From positions 7,522,966 to 7,586,965 of the forward strand of contig OZ199839.1 in the NCBI GenBank assembly GCA_964304625.1: a stretch of DNA of 64,000 bases, given 5' to 3'. Every line of letters starts with the position of its first letter. Within the stretch, counting starts at the first letter, position 1. A model generated the notes under the pieces. It did not search any database, was not told the DNA's origin, and saw only the letters and a list, made by a program, of their open reading frames with translations. A program made the position numbers and the translations under genes. Shown here one piece after another: positions 1-13,860 of the stretch. Source of the stretch: Kudoa neothunni. Its lineage: Eukaryota > Animalia > Cnidaria.

Positions 1-345
1 GAATTTCACTCAATACATCTATTTATATTTTAATGGAAAATGTGCGCATAATTTTGTCCTTCTAAATCATCACATTGCACAAATAATTACAAGCTTTAAA
101 GTGCAACAATCAAAATTGAAAAATAAGATTTACAGGGTTGAACGTGCTACTTGGATTCAATCTTACGTAGAATTTCTTCATTCAAAAATAAAAGTAATAG
201 TTAAAATTTTCCATCACACAGTACGAGGCAAAGTTGGGCATTAGCGCTATTTACTTATAATCAACAAGGCTTTATTCTGCGTCAGGTTTTAGCCTACTTG
301 GCTGGGCAAGGAAGCCCAAGCGAAAGGGGGCTTTTGCGTTAATTT
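1..345 (+). mobile_element. 3' end of a non-autonomous Helitron-like repeat (same family as 32041-33069)
   Basis: 36-105 and 238-318 align with 32900-33060 (e.g. TTAGCCTACTTGGCTGGGCAAGGAAGCC). Hairpin AAGCCC...GGGCTT precedes a degenerate CTAG-like end. Confidence 0.5.
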
Positions 346-399
346 CTAATAACACATATATTGAATCGAAACTTTGGTTCTATTAAAGACATTTATTTA

Positions 400-1075
400 T
401 ATAAGAATTGTTCTGAATAATGATACCAGATGTTGCAGCATAGTTGAAATTGTCGGCAGATGCGAAAAGATAGTGTTATTTAGCTGAACTCGCTTTATCA
501 CTGAAAAAAATATGATAGATCATCTTTTAACGCCAAGAGAATATTTATAAACTTCTTCGATGTTGCCATTTAAAAAATTCCATTCAATAACTATGGTTCT
601 GCAAAAAGATGATTTTTCTATAACGGACGCAAGATATTTGTTCAGTGAAGTTATTGAAAAATATCCAGTATTGTATGAACTTCTGTGTGACAGTAATAAT
701 ATATATTCGAAGAATTTTGAAAACGGCTCTTTAAAAATTCAAGAGGATAAAATTGATGAATTAACTTCTGAAGGGAAACATGCTGTGTTCAATCTAAAAT
801 TGTCCGCATAAATTTCAATAGAAGAAACCGATACTTTTATTAAATCCAATTTTTTCGCTGTCAAAGTCTCAAGATAAGAAAATTGGAAAAACAATTGAAA
901 TTCTTTATTATATGGACACGATTTATTCTATCATTCTCTAATCTGGTTGGAAGGTTATTAAGCTACGCTGGCTGGCTATACCTTTGATGATCTCCGCCAA
1001 AATTATTCCCATATAAATCTAGAAACGCAAATACTTCTAGAAGAAAAAAAAGATTATGTATCAATAAAATTGTGT
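400..1075 (+). pseudogene. hAT-like transposase remnant
   Basis: NDTR(W)-like motif near 420; ORF 560-811 (SITMVLQKDD...ARYLF...NFENG..KIQ); dimerisation-like RF..SNLV.RL.S.AG near 920-975. Stops and frameshifts present. Confidence 0.6.
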
Positions 1076-2124
1076 AGAAGGTTTTTTCAACAAATTTACG
1101 ATTTATAGTTAATTCCTCATTATTTCATCGTTCCGTTGTATTTAATTTATGCAATCTATTACGTGTCAAAATTTATTATTTATATTGGCTTTTTTATTCC
1201 TTATTTAAAAAATAAACACAAAATGATGGACATAAAAAACATTTGTTTAACTTTTTTTATGTTACAACGGATTATGACGTTCCAAGGAACGTTAAGGCGG
1301 GCTCAGCATAACATGGTTCAAATTTTAGATGCTTTCTATAAAGGTAAGTTTCGTTAATAAAATATTGAACGTCATCTATGAGATTCCAAATATTATTATT
1401 TGGAAGTTATATTCACTAATTAAATTTTCCAACTTAAAGTTTATATTAATGTTTGAAAACATGATAAATTTCTAGATACTTTTATTTGCAACCGAAATGA
1501 CTAATGGGAAATTATTATGCCGAGATAAATAAATGATCTCCAATGATGTTGGATTATCGTCAATAGTTTTCTAATAATTTCAATTAATTTTAATTACAAG
1601 TAATTGAAATTATTGATTTTGAAAATCTGCAATTAAAATTAATTGATTGTACATTTAATAATTGATTTTTAGGATAAAAATTAATTTTTGACCACCCCTG
1701 CATGCGTGTATGTACAAAGTATTTTTATAGAGTGCGAATGTTTATATTTGAAATTCCTATAATTTCGTTTCAAAAACTTGTCAATCCAATAAGCTATAGT
1801 CTAGTTATTAAAAGTGCTTCTTGTTATTTTTATTATTGAAAATTGGAAACCTAAATGTGATGCCATCAACGACCCATGTAAATAATCATTTCAATAAATA
1901 TTTTCCATTTTATATCGTTTTCTAGGAGTGAATGGGTTAAACAACTAAAAAATATCTGATAGATAAAATGGTATAAGCGTTATATATTAGAAGAGTCACT
2001 GAGAATTAGAAAACAATTTAATAAATCGAATACACTAATACTTTTTTTTGTACAAAAACTAATTATAATTCGTAACGTTTTAAATAACTAAGAAGAATAA
2101 TATTTGCAGAAATAGGCTGTGTTC

Positions 2125-2480
2125 TTAAAAACATGAAATCTTATAGAAATCGCATGTGATTGTTGTTTTTTTACTGTTATCTTGATCACACCAGACACAT
2201 CCTTTCCTATTATATTTTCGAGCAGAATGTCGAGGATTTTTGAAATCTACTTGTTTGGGTATTTCTTTGTTCCTTCATGTCAAATACTCGTATTATTCAA
2301 GAGAAACTTATTTCAAAAATGGTCTTCCTTTTATACATTATTTCAAGTTCAAAATGCAACCGGCATACGCAAAACATTATTAAGTCTGATCAAAATGTAT
2401 CAATTAAATAAAAAGTATGTAAATATTAATTTTGCATTTCTTACATATTTGGCCATTCCGCTAAGTAGGACATCTCATGA
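2125..2480 (-). pseudogene. piggyBac transposase C-terminal remnant
   Basis: Minus strand reads ...RKGCVWCDQDNSKKTTITCD...CF, resembling the piggyBac Cys-rich tail; heavily disrupted. Confidence 0.4.
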
Positions 2481-2539
2481 ATGGAATAATTTTGATGTTG
2501 GACTATTGTTGTTTCATTCGAACTGTTCAAGATGGCTTC

Positions 2540-2930
2540 CATTAATTTATTTGAATTTGAGGGTATTTTTCTACGGGCGGTTTATTTTATTTGATTAAAA
2601 AAATTCTTCGATGAGCTTAAGAAATAGTGAATATGGGTGCAAAAGAAAAAGTTTGTGGCCACTTGAATCTATCTTTTGCCGAATAAGGCCGGTTTATGAA
2701 ACCATACATTTTCCTTAATTAACAAAGCGCATTGAATTCCACCATTAGTTGAATCATTAAAAAGTTTTTCTATGGAAATATAGAAAGTTTGCTGATTCGT
2801 TATACCACTTTCCAGCTTAAACATCCAAACATTTTTAGAACTAATAACGGTTACCAATGTGATATTTTGGGAGCGAATATTTCTTGCTTGCCGGTTCGCT
2901 CTTGAATCTAATGTGCTCCACAAAATCTTT
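2540..2930 (-). pseudogene. Tc1/IS630-family (DDE_3) transposase remnant
   Basis: RSQNITLVTVIS, IKENVWFHK and LHPYSLFLKLIEEFF match the IMDNxxFHK / LPPYSPFLNPIE motifs. Confidence 0.7.
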
Positions 2931-3008
2931 TCATAGGGAGTGATAAACCAGACTTATCTATGTAAATTACAGGGAACTGGGGTATTTTACATTACGGATA
3001 TTCTAGAA

Positions 3009-3607
3009 CACAGGTTCTCAACTGGTAGTAAATTTCAAATGACAGGGGATAAATTAAGTGACATTAAAATTTGGTGGGGACAATTTTCGCATAATACAAT
3101 TTGTGAATTACTTAAGGGTGTATAAGGAATAATATTATTTAGGGAAATTAAGCTCAATAAGAAGTTGCCAAAAATGCTTAAAATATTTTTAGGAATGATT
3201 ATTTAACAACTATTTATAAAGATCCTATCAATCTCTTTCTTGTATGCCTCGTTTGTTTTGTAGATATATAGCTTAATAATAACAATAATTCTTAAAATGA
3301 CAATTTGTATAGTAAATAATATTCAGGCGTCACTAATTTTGATTATTTATCGTCTCAAAGAGTGAAGGAGTGAGTCGCGAATAATTAAATTTGATGGAAT
3401 CTAAAAGATTCAATCTTTAGTCAGCTTGTTAGTGAAAGTTTCTGCGATTAAAAATTGTCATTACGTGGGCGTACATACCTTTTAGGATAAGAGTTTACCG
3501 TGCAATTACCCTCTGCCTTATCTAAACCAGTATAAAATCTTATATTAGATATGAATTTTGCTTCCAAGTTAAGAGGATAAATTTGAAAAAACCATTGAGA
3601 ACCCCTG
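3009..3607. mobile_element. Non-autonomous hAT (Charlie-type) MITE
   Basis: Imperfect TIRs CACAGGTTCTCAA / TTGAGAACCCCTG; 8-bp TSD TTCTAGAA (3001-3008) and TTCTAAAA (3608-3615). Confidence 0.75.
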
Positions 3608-4730
3608 TTCTAAAACATAACAATATTACAATATATCCTGTTGATTAATAAAAAACATTCTTTTTGTGTTTTGATATGCAATTCAGAGAATTTCTTATAA
3701 TCGGTGAAATTATTATTTTTTGAGAATGTAATGGACCTGGATCAAACAGTTAGCAATAGTCTATCAAAAAAGCTGACATTATGTTCTTCTTATAATTCCT
3801 TGGCGATCGAATCAAAGATAATTATACAGTCTCCATTCACTAAGCGTTGGTTATATAATTTATTGACGGTTTCCAATTTCAACCTTCAGCCCCTATTCTT
3901 AATAATTCCTTTTTTAATGGCCTCGTCATCATCCTCGAATTTGTTTGGACCGTGAAATCGTTGATTCGGAAGGTCCCTATAGTTTTGGTTATTGGGCCAT
4001 AAGTAAAATTTTTCTTAATATTTCTTAGAGTAGTTTAACCAACGATATGTATTTTGAATTATCTAATGAAAATTTTATAGTTCTTTCATCTAAAGAAACA
4101 TATTTTCTTTTAATGATGTTAAGCTGCGATAAATTATGTCTCGATATTACTCCATTTTTATTAGATATTGTTGAATTTAGGTCTTGAAAAAGTGTTTAAT
4201 TGAATTGCATTGATTTGTGTTAACGAATACTTTATTAAGTCAAAATAAAAAGAGTTTGTTAGTTTAATCTGACTACAATTATCGAAAAAAATTTAAAATA
4301 TATTATTCTCCAACGATGTTAAAATGATCGGTCGACCTTTTTTGTAGAAATTGTAAAATCTTTTTAATCCCTTTAATTATTTAGGATGAACGAGAAATAA
4401 TTGATATTTGTTCCAACATTTTAACAATTTATGCATCGTATTTAAAGATTCCTTTAAGGGTGAACATTTTAAAATGTTTTATCAATGCCATATTTTCCAT
4501 TTGTTTGGAAATTATCACGGCAGTATTGTATTATATAATTTCCTGTAATCACCGTTACGTTATTTGGTAAAGTCTTGTTGGCTATTAAATTTAATTAATT
4601 AGTTAATTTTCCAAACAAAATATGTCGAGAAAAATGCATAAAAAAATATCAGTCACATAATTAAATATTATCGAAATATTTTTAGCCCTAATATATTATT
4701 TGTATTTAAACTGTTTGATAAATATATTGG

Positions 4731-4767
<37 letters not shown>

Positions 4768-4821
4768 TTTAAACTGAATTATAGAAAAATTTTATTGTCA
4801 TGAAAAATTGTGTAAAACCGG

Positions 4822-5825
4822 TCACTGGCAGAATATATAAAGATTATTAGTTACCGTGAGATTTCCCAACATGAGATCGAATATTTTTGATTCTGGATTA
4901 ATTATTCTACAATCATCGGGATTTTCGCAATTTCCATTAAGTCTGAAAAAATCACTGAATAATTCGAAACATTGAGCCATATCAAAGTTTCCCATTATTT
5001 TAAACTGAACATTCAATGTTTCGTTAGCGTAGAACGAAGGATCGCAAGGTTCGAAGTTGGACATTTTTCGGCTGTAAGTATGAATATATGATTTTGGGTA
5101 GCATGGGCTAACAAGGTTCCCACCTTTCGGTGTATTCTACGTAAGACAGCGGTTTTTGATATGAAAATATAATCAACACAAAATACCTTTATAATATAGT
5201 TGTTGAGCAGTATTTCAAAATACTCAGGACCAGCACAATCCATGTAAATTGTATAAATTTGATTTTTACTTTCCAATCGTGCATATTTGGATACGAATGC
5301 TTGGAGTGCTTGATGGTTGACAGCATCAAAATGGAAAGCCAATACAATTCCATACGTTGAAATATCAATAAGATTATCACTTTCATTGATCTTTTGTTGT
5401 GAAATTAATAGGGGATATTTTAGAATCGGCAATTAATACCAGTGTGACGTTGGATGCCATTTTGTAATAGGCCCAACCTTGATCAACACCATTAACATTC
5501 AAAATATGTGTATGATTCTGTAATGTGTTATATGAACTAATTTGTTCTTGTAGTATTTGAAGCAATAAATCATGTTTCACAGGGTTGTAAACTCTAGAAT
5601 GTATATTATCACAAAATTTCAATTCCAACGTTAACTATACTTGAGCAATCGAAATTCATCCGTAGTGATGATATATACTACGTAAGACTCATTATTTTTG
5701 ACATTAATAAGAATTAATTCATTCATTTTGTCATATATTTCTTTAACAGCAGTGTTGAGTTCGTCATTGGTAACGATGAAAATTCTATCTAGCCCTGAAT
5801 CATGTTTATATATTGAAGGTTCCAA
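4822..5825 (-). pseudogene. Chain of four abutting or overlapping intronless ORFs, possibly one disrupted gene of unknown family
   Basis: ORFs 5631-5825, 5383-5628, 5013-5432 and 4822-5064 are co-oriented with protein-like composition. No motif recognised. Confidence 0.3.
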
Positions 5826-8197
5826 AACATTTGTGAATTACAACGTGCGAGGGTCACGGGTGTTAAGTCAGATGCACTATATTTTACGAATATTTTATTC
5901 GTAAAACTTAATACAATTTCAAATTCAATCTAAAATACGTTATTAACAACATTTTGAAATAACACATTTGATACACTCGGATTCTGACCTTCCATAATAT
6001 CACAGAATATATATTGTAGCCATATAACTAATGTGGCAAAAAGTGGGAACGTTTTCCGCTTCGAGCTCATATTCATTTGGGTCAAATTAGCAGGTAATAA
6101 ATCAATTGAATTATTCGAATTAATACACTCAGATTATGATTAACAGTGGGGCTATAATCGAATAAAGTGGGTTTATTCTTTCTTATAATTTTTTATGCAA
6201 CTAAAAATCTCGATATATATCGCGTGATTTAATACTTTTTTGTTCTTAAATTAAAAGTATTAATTATTTTATTTTATAATTTTAGTCAATTCACTATATT
6301 ACCAACAAATCTAATAATCCAAATAATTAGAACTTATCCTAGGAACTACTCTATACACCCATCTAATTCTTCTCGTGTTAAATCTGGAAAACTTCCACAA
6401 TGCTTATAGATCTGTAATAACAGGTGGATCGATGAAAAGTTATTTGAAATTCCTCATAATCTCTTCCTGTTATCATTAGCTGATTTAGCACACGCATCAT
6501 GCTTCAAATGATGACCATTCAAATTGCTTCACTTAATTTATTAATTGTCGCAGGATAAATTAATCGAAACTACACCTGGTTACTAGAACTTCTAGTTAAA
6601 GTAAGAAATTTTCGATAAACCCCAATTCGCCTATATTTAATCCGTCATCAATGCATCAATTTTTTATTTTGTTGTTATTGTTAATAAGTACCGAGCGAAT
6701 ATTCCTTAGGGAATTTTTTAAGAGAACGGAAACATTTGAAATAAATAGTTATTTAATAGAGTATGGAAATCTATAAACTATTAATCAATTTCATAGAAGT
6801 AGTTCAGTAGAATTTTAAACTCATATAAAAACGGAATATCTTATTGGTATCATTTTAATAGACTGAATTCTGCAATTTCATTTAATCAAAATTAATACTT
6901 TCTGAATGTATCAACTAAAATTGAAGTCAGAATTTTTTAAATAAGAATCTTTGATGAAATTGTTTTTCAAATGAATGAGAGAATTATTTGATACTTACAA
7001 TTTCTACCTGGCATTAACATTAGTTAATATTAGGTTATTAATATAAATTGCTACGAATAACTCGGAAATTTAAAGATTGGGGGTTATTAGAAACTTGTAA
7101 CGATTAATTTTTGCTTAGAGATAATAATTAATCGGTTAAATCATGTAAAACCACCCTCTATTTATTGAATTTATGTTGTAGTTCATAAATTAGATACAAA
7201 ACAATAATTATATATTTTTGGGAAACTTAGAACAATAATATATTCCAATTATTTGATTATAAAATTAAAAACGAAATAACTATTTCACATTTATGTGATA
7301 ATCGGATCGCTCTCAGGCTGTACATTGTAACCTCCGGGTTTGAGCATCATGCTTCTTAGAAATGTGTTCGAACTCCGAATAATTTGTTCACCTGTAAAAT
7401 AATGAAAATTAATTTGATCTGTTACCGCGCATCAAATAAATGACAATTTTTATTGTTATTTATGAAAACATGCATATCGTGTATTTATAAAATTTAAAAA
7501 ATAAATATTAAATATAATACTAATGAAAACGAAAATGAAAATGAAATAAAGGAAAAATAATTTTTGGTTGGCACACGATAGATAATAAAGGATTCTCTTT
7601 CAATGACGTTCGCACAATTTGATTGAGCTACTCTTCTTCTAGAATTTCTTTTCATGCATGCTCTTGCTCCAATTGGATTTGTTCTCAATACATTCTCTAT
7701 ATGTGTTCGAATTGGAAAGTGTTCCTGGCACAAAATTTCTGGTCGAATTCCGAGGTTGCACAGTATTTCTAAACCAATTAATATCTCTAAAATTAACCCA
7801 TATAATTTACTGAAAATTTGTATATTATAGTAATCTATATGGATCAATTGATTTGTAAATTTTCAAACATATACATATATATATATATATATATATGCTC
7901 ATAATATAAAGAATGTAACTGAATGAAAAAGGGGGTTTTAAAGTTGAAACCAGATTAACTACAAAATAAATTTATTTATAAATGTATTACAAAGTTTTAA
8001 AAAGCATTACGACAATTTTTCGTGATTTTGTGTGCGTTACTCATAAATTTGTGCGCTAGAGTGGCGAATCAGAATTTATTCAACGTCGTTATCAAGTTAA
8101 ATGCTTTCAGTGAATTAGAGAGTGTTGTGAAGATTTATGAGAAGATATCGTATTGTAACTTGTAAAAATGCCTAGCAAGAACCCTCTTAAATATTAA

Positions 8198-10690
8198 CCC
8201 TCTCGTCCCGGATGAAGCCACATGGCGTCATTGGATTGATGTCGGAATATCTATTCGATTTTTGTATGTATAGTTTAAATCTATCGTGTATAAAAGTATA
8301 ACACATCCTTTATTAAATAAATAAAAAAATTTATATTAATCTGTTGTTTATTTATTATAAAATAGGGAACAAATTTCGTGAGCGGCGTTAACAAATAATG
8401 GATTATTATATCAATATTTACGGAAATAATTAATGTATATTTTTTATTTAAAAAATCTAATCATTTATTATTAAGAAATTAATTTTAAAAATTGGATTAA
8501 ATATTAAAAATAATGATGTGTAGCGAGTGCGGGAGAAGGAACAACGAATGATGCCATTGCCATATTTTCAAATTTACTCCTTCGACCTGGTGAAAAATCT
8601 AAAATTACCCCCTTAACATGGAAACCAAATTCTAATCTTAAATGGCATGCATGTACGCTTCTGCAACGACAATTTTTAATTCCATCAACCCTTACTCATC
8701 ACATCACAAGCTGTATATAGATTTAATGTTTTATAATTTGCTACATTAAATTATTTCTTGTCCACTCATTCGCATTTAGGATCTAGAAATAATTAAAATA
8801 ATCAAAACTAACGACACTTGAATATTATTCCCTATAAAAACAGTTATTCTAAATATTATTATTAGGGTACATTACTAAAAAATAAACAAGGCATAAAAGA
8901 AAGAGATTGGTAATAGTTTTATATATATAAACTATTAAATATTTATTCCTAAAAATGGTTTAAAGAATTTTTGCCTAATTCTTATTGATTCTAATAACCC
9001 CGAATAATATAATTACTAAGAAATCTCGAAGTACATCACAAACTCATAATGAAAAAATTCTCCCTATCTAATTTTGAATTTACTTAATTTGCCCCCGGCT
9101 GAGAATCCCAGCCATATGGCATCATTCGGAGCGCATACGATATCTGATGAATATTAGTGATGGACGCAAATGTTGTCGTGAAAATAACAAAATCAGGTAG
9201 AGTAGTGAAACAATTGGTGTTGCTTCCAGACCCTGAGAAGTCTGATGCCGAAAACCAATCTGATAATGATGAAAACAATATTTCTTCATGTGACTGCTCC
9301 TTGTCTGAAAACGAAAGTGACTCAGAAGAGACTGTCTCAGAGACAAGATGGATTTTTAATAAGTTCATCGAAATGTCACAATTAAGTGAATCTGAATTAT
9401 CGTTTAAAGATATTGACAATATCATTATGGATCCATATTCTTATTTTAATTGGTTCTTTACTGATGAACTATTTGAGTTGATAACTGATGAAACAAATAA
9501 ATATTCTTCAGTTTTGTATTTAACATTTAAAACAACGGTAGAAGGACTTCTTTTGCTTGTGGGGATTTTCATCCGTATGTCAATTGTAAAATTGTCAAGT
9601 TACAAAAACTAGAGGTCTAAAACGTTGAGCTACAATGCTATTATATCTGAGCGAATGACCAGAGATAGGTTTGGGCTACTATTATGATATCTTCCTTCTT
9701 GTGATAACAACAGCCCAGTACCATCACCGGACCATTCTGGATACGACCGATTTTATAAAATAAAGCCTATCCTGAATATAACAAGAAGAGCAGATGATGC
9801 CATTCAAAGGTAAATCAAATTTAATACGTTACCTTCCATCAAAAGCTACGAAATGGGGTTTCAAAATTTACACAAAAAATGGCGCAGGTGGAGTAATCCA
9901 TGATTTCTTTATTGATGGTGAGCCTGCAATTACTCCCCAAACAAGCACTGGAAGCTAATCACCTGATATCGTGATTGTAGTAATCCCCCAATCAACCGAG
10001 GCTGGGCTCCGCGCTAGCCCACTACATTACTGGGCGGAAATCCCCTAGACAATAACAATCAGGGTGATCACCATAGTTTCGTTTACTATAATAACTTAGC
10101 TGTACTATTCTTTAAAATTGATTGTTTCCTCGCGCAAATACAACAGTGATGAAGCTTTGCGAGACTCTACTCGACAAAACTTATCATGTATATTATGATA
10201 ATTATTTCTCAAATTTTAGTCTACATGATAAATTGTTAACCCGCGGTTATTTCTCAACCTCCACCATCAGAAAAAATCGCATAGATAAATGCCCCCTTCA
10301 AGGATGACAAACATATGGAAAAGTTAGAGCGAGGAAGTTTCAAGTTTGGGATCTACCGTTTGGATGGGACCAAAATTAACGTTTTAAGATGACTTGAAGG
10401 GTCTATGGTTAACATATCGTCAACCTATTACTCTTCGTTTCCTCTATACCCAGATTCGACAAAAAAGCAATGAAGGTGATAACAATAATCTACCCCAACA
10501 TGTTCAAAATGTACAACAGACACATGGGTGGTGTTGATTTATTTGACATGCTAACGGCTTTGTATCGTTTGGACCACAGATCATAAGAATAGTATAACCG
10601 AATATTTTTTTGATGTTTAAAGCCTTCTCTACCGAAGGCAATGTAACTTGTTTGGGGCAAAAAATAAACAAATGATGGATTTACAAGAGT
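8198..10690 (+). mobile_element. Decayed piggyBac element (right end not found)
   Basis: TTAA|CCC terminus at 8194-8200; fragments PYSYFNWFFTDELFELI..ETNKY, KWGFK, YYDNYFS, TIRKNR, YNRHMGGVDLFD; interrupted by a solo LTR. Confidence 0.8.
9976..10145. mobile_element. 170-bp solo LTR inserted in the piggyBac transposase
   Basis: TGTAGTAAT...AATACAACA termini; perfect 5-bp TSD GTGAT (9971-9975, 10146-10150); removal restores DIVMKLCETL. Confidence 0.85.
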
Positions 10691-11099
10691 CTTGCATCTA
10701 AGTAAGTGAAGATTGAGCCGGCTAAAACTTGCCAGCGTAAGCGCAATGACACAATTGACAAACCAAGTTATGGCGGGAAAGGAAAATTTCAATAATAAGT
10801 ACGTTCTATTGAAAACACAATGCGGAAGCGATAAAATTGATAGCATCGAGAAAAGAGACTATCACGACCATACAGTATCTGATAAAGAAATAAATAAAAA
10901 GATTTTCCGCTGTCCCCTAAAATTACTGGCTGAAAATAGTCCATATCCAACCTCAAAAATTTATTCGATAAAAACTATATCAAACAGAATAAGTGAAATA
11001 CCCATAATGCCCCCCAAAAAATATTTAAAAAAACATTTAGAACGCTCGAAAGCGAAATCATGTTATTGTGGACTTGGAAATCGATATAAGCAAACAAAA

Positions 11100-11935
11100 C
11101 ATTGTTACACATAGGCAAGAACAGTTTTGTTTGTATGATTCTGGATCTAAGTCGACCAATAGAATTATAACATTCACAACAGATAATAACATAACATAAT
11201 GCACCTGAATAATTGCTAACCATGGATATCTGATGACACATTTAATGCGGGCCCTAATGAATTTTACTAAATATACATAATCCACGGTAAACTATTTGGT
11301 AGATTTTTGTCTTAATGGCTGCTAAATCCCAAGAGAGTTATTGAAAGGGTTTTATTGACATTAAAAACAAGGCTAACATTCAATTTTCCAATAGCATTAT
11401 AATTGATTTCGAACGTCCCACTTTCAATGCTTTTAAAAAAGCATCAAAATATTCCAACATATTTCATTGTTTGTTTCATTTTGGCCAATGCATAATATGG
11501 AGGAAAATCCAAAATTTATGTTTGAACACCAGATATTATGATGACTCTGACTTTCGCTTGTTTATCTAGTGTTTTACATTGTTAGTCTTTTTACCGCCCT
11601 ATAAAATAAAACACGAATTTGAAAAATTAAAGCAAAAATCCCCAACTCTTGAGAAAAATGAATTATCTTCATTGGTTACCTATTTCGAAAAAATTTTATT
11701 AAAAATGTACCATGGAATTAATCTAACAACTAATGCTACCGAGACTTTTCATCCTCGTTTTTGCGGCCTTATTGAACAAGATGTTAATTTTCTGATGTGC
11801 AATCCTTCTCTATCGGGAAATATAAAGAAAGCGGAGAAGTTTACCAAAAACTAAAGGAAATAGCGTCAAATTATCATCGATATTATGGATTGTTCAATCT
11901 AGAGAGTATAGCCAAAGCGTATAATTGGAAATTAA
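11100..11935 (+). pseudogene. MULE (Mutator-like) transposase remnant
   Basis: LYDSG, WISDDTF, IIDFE...NAF, CLFHFGQC(I)WRKIQ and TTNATETFH motifs, with frameshifts. Confidence 0.75.
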
Positions 11936-12034
11936 TTTAGTTTTATTTATTATATTATTATGTAGTTGGATTTTTTGTCGTTTCATAATTACAGAGAATA
12001 TTAATTATAAATAATAGTTTTTTCACACGAGCCG

Positions 12035-12850
12035 GTGAGTTTTCGCTTTATGATTGTGCTATCGCTGGTGACTCCATTGTACTATACCAATACAGGCGGA
12101 ACAATTGTGGAGGATAATTTCTTCTCGTCTCTCAAACTATCGCCCAAACTATTGGCGAGGCGCTCAACATATTTAGCATACTTGGGGCCCATACGGCGAA
12201 ATAAAAGACACCTTCCTTCATGTGTTGTTCCGTCCAAAAGTAGAGAATTACACAGCGCTACATTTGCATTTTTTCCCAAAAAATATGTTGACGTCCTATG
12301 TGAACAAAAAGAACAAGTGTGTAGTTCTTTTGTTAACGGGGACATTTAATTAACGTCAATATATCGAATAAAGATCACAAAAAACCTTAGATTATGATTA
12401 TATTCGGGTACAGCATCAAAAATAAGGGGGTGTGGACAAGTTCGATAGAATGCTATCATCCATATCCGTGCGTGCCGATTCAACATTAGATGACCAATGA
12501 TCGTATTTTATGACACGGTTGATCTATTATTAATTAATGCGTTCGCATTATACAAAAATATATTTAATCAACCAACAAAATTAACACGTACATTTCGGAA
12601 GGAGCTAGCGGAAGCATTGTGTCAATCCCTAATGAGGGAAAAAATTAATGTTAAAGCGTTTAAAAAGAACCAAGCTCCAAAGCATAGATAATTAATTTAA
12701 ATAATTTATCAACTATCCCTAAAAAAGCGCTTTTTTATCATTATCGACAAAATGATAACAAAATTTCTAGCTAATGTTCAAACTGCGAACGTTTTCATTA
12801 CCAGCTTCATTCATCTAGAAAATGTTATGTTGGCGATCATTCATAATCAT
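12035..12850 (+). pseudogene. piggyBac transposase remnant
   Basis: IVEDNFFSS, GPIRRNKRHLP, GVDKFDRML and MIVFYDTVDL..INAF.LY motifs. Confidence 0.8.
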
Positions 12851-13140
12851 TATTTTTCTTGCAAATTTTGGACTATACGCTCTACTTCAAATATGGTCTT
12901 TAAGCTACTTAACGTTGAGCTTTATCTTTCTTTGAAGGTAATCCAAGACCATTAAGCCGAACAGCACCGAACCGGATTAAGTTGGATGGTAAATGTAAAT
13001 TTCCTGCAAATTCTACCGATCGAATTTTCTGAAAATCTACTAATCAACTCAAAATAATTTATTGAGAAAGTTTAACCGAAAAAGCGTGATGTTTCTCGTC
13101 CCAAGCCCGTTGTTAGAGAATGGAACGTTTCGCCAGCAGC

Positions 13141-13860
13141 TTACAGAGTTAAATAAACAACATACAAACTAAAACATAAACATCTAAAATCATTGTCAGC
13201 TAACTACATAACGATCCCGATCAATCAGTAAAAATCAATCAAGACTTGCAAGCGTAAAAATCATCCTAAAAACCACTCAAATCCAAACATCAACGATTAG
13301 ATACATCACGAGATAGATGAAAAAGTAGACCAGATACACAACCAACTTTACTATCTCAATGTTGATGGTGGTTTTCAATTCTTTGTGGTTAAGAATTTCA
13401 GAAGGATCAAAATAAGCCAATCTTCCCTTTCGTTTCATATCGTAATATCTGCGAGGGAATATGACACAATAGGCATACATTCAAATAATAGTAATACCGA
13501 TAAGCCAAAAAAATCAAAGGAATAATCGATACTAGAAAAAACCCAATTCTCAAATGAATCAGAAAAAGAAACGATATAAAACCATGCAAAACAATATTTG
13601 GAACAACAAACTATAATAACATAGAATCAACTATATTATTACACTGAGTGATAGATTAACCTACCATATTCGCTTTACCACATGCGGACTCACTGGTAAT
13701 GGTGTCAGCTTCTAGATCACTCATCAACACTATCTACATAGAAGTTATCGAGAAAATGATAAATTCTAGTGTTTATGGATGGTACCGTGAATACATTCAT
13801 TAATAGCAGTACCGCATTAACAATAAAAATAATAACAGAGGAGCCAATTAAACCGAACAT
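13141..13860 (-). CDS. CNIH4: Cornichon family ER cargo receptor (CNIH4-like), multi-exon
   Basis: Exons MFGLIGSS...VFT | IVLMSDLEADTITSESACGKANM | FVVPNIVLHGF...LAYR | YYD...YFDPSEILNHKELK...KLVVYLVYFFIYL, with GT-AG introns of ~45-55 nt. Last exon uncertain (alternative stop at 13277). Confidence 0.75.

Noticed and set aside
3640-4500. Possible transposase remnant on the minus strand
   Set aside because: Too degraded to assign to any family.
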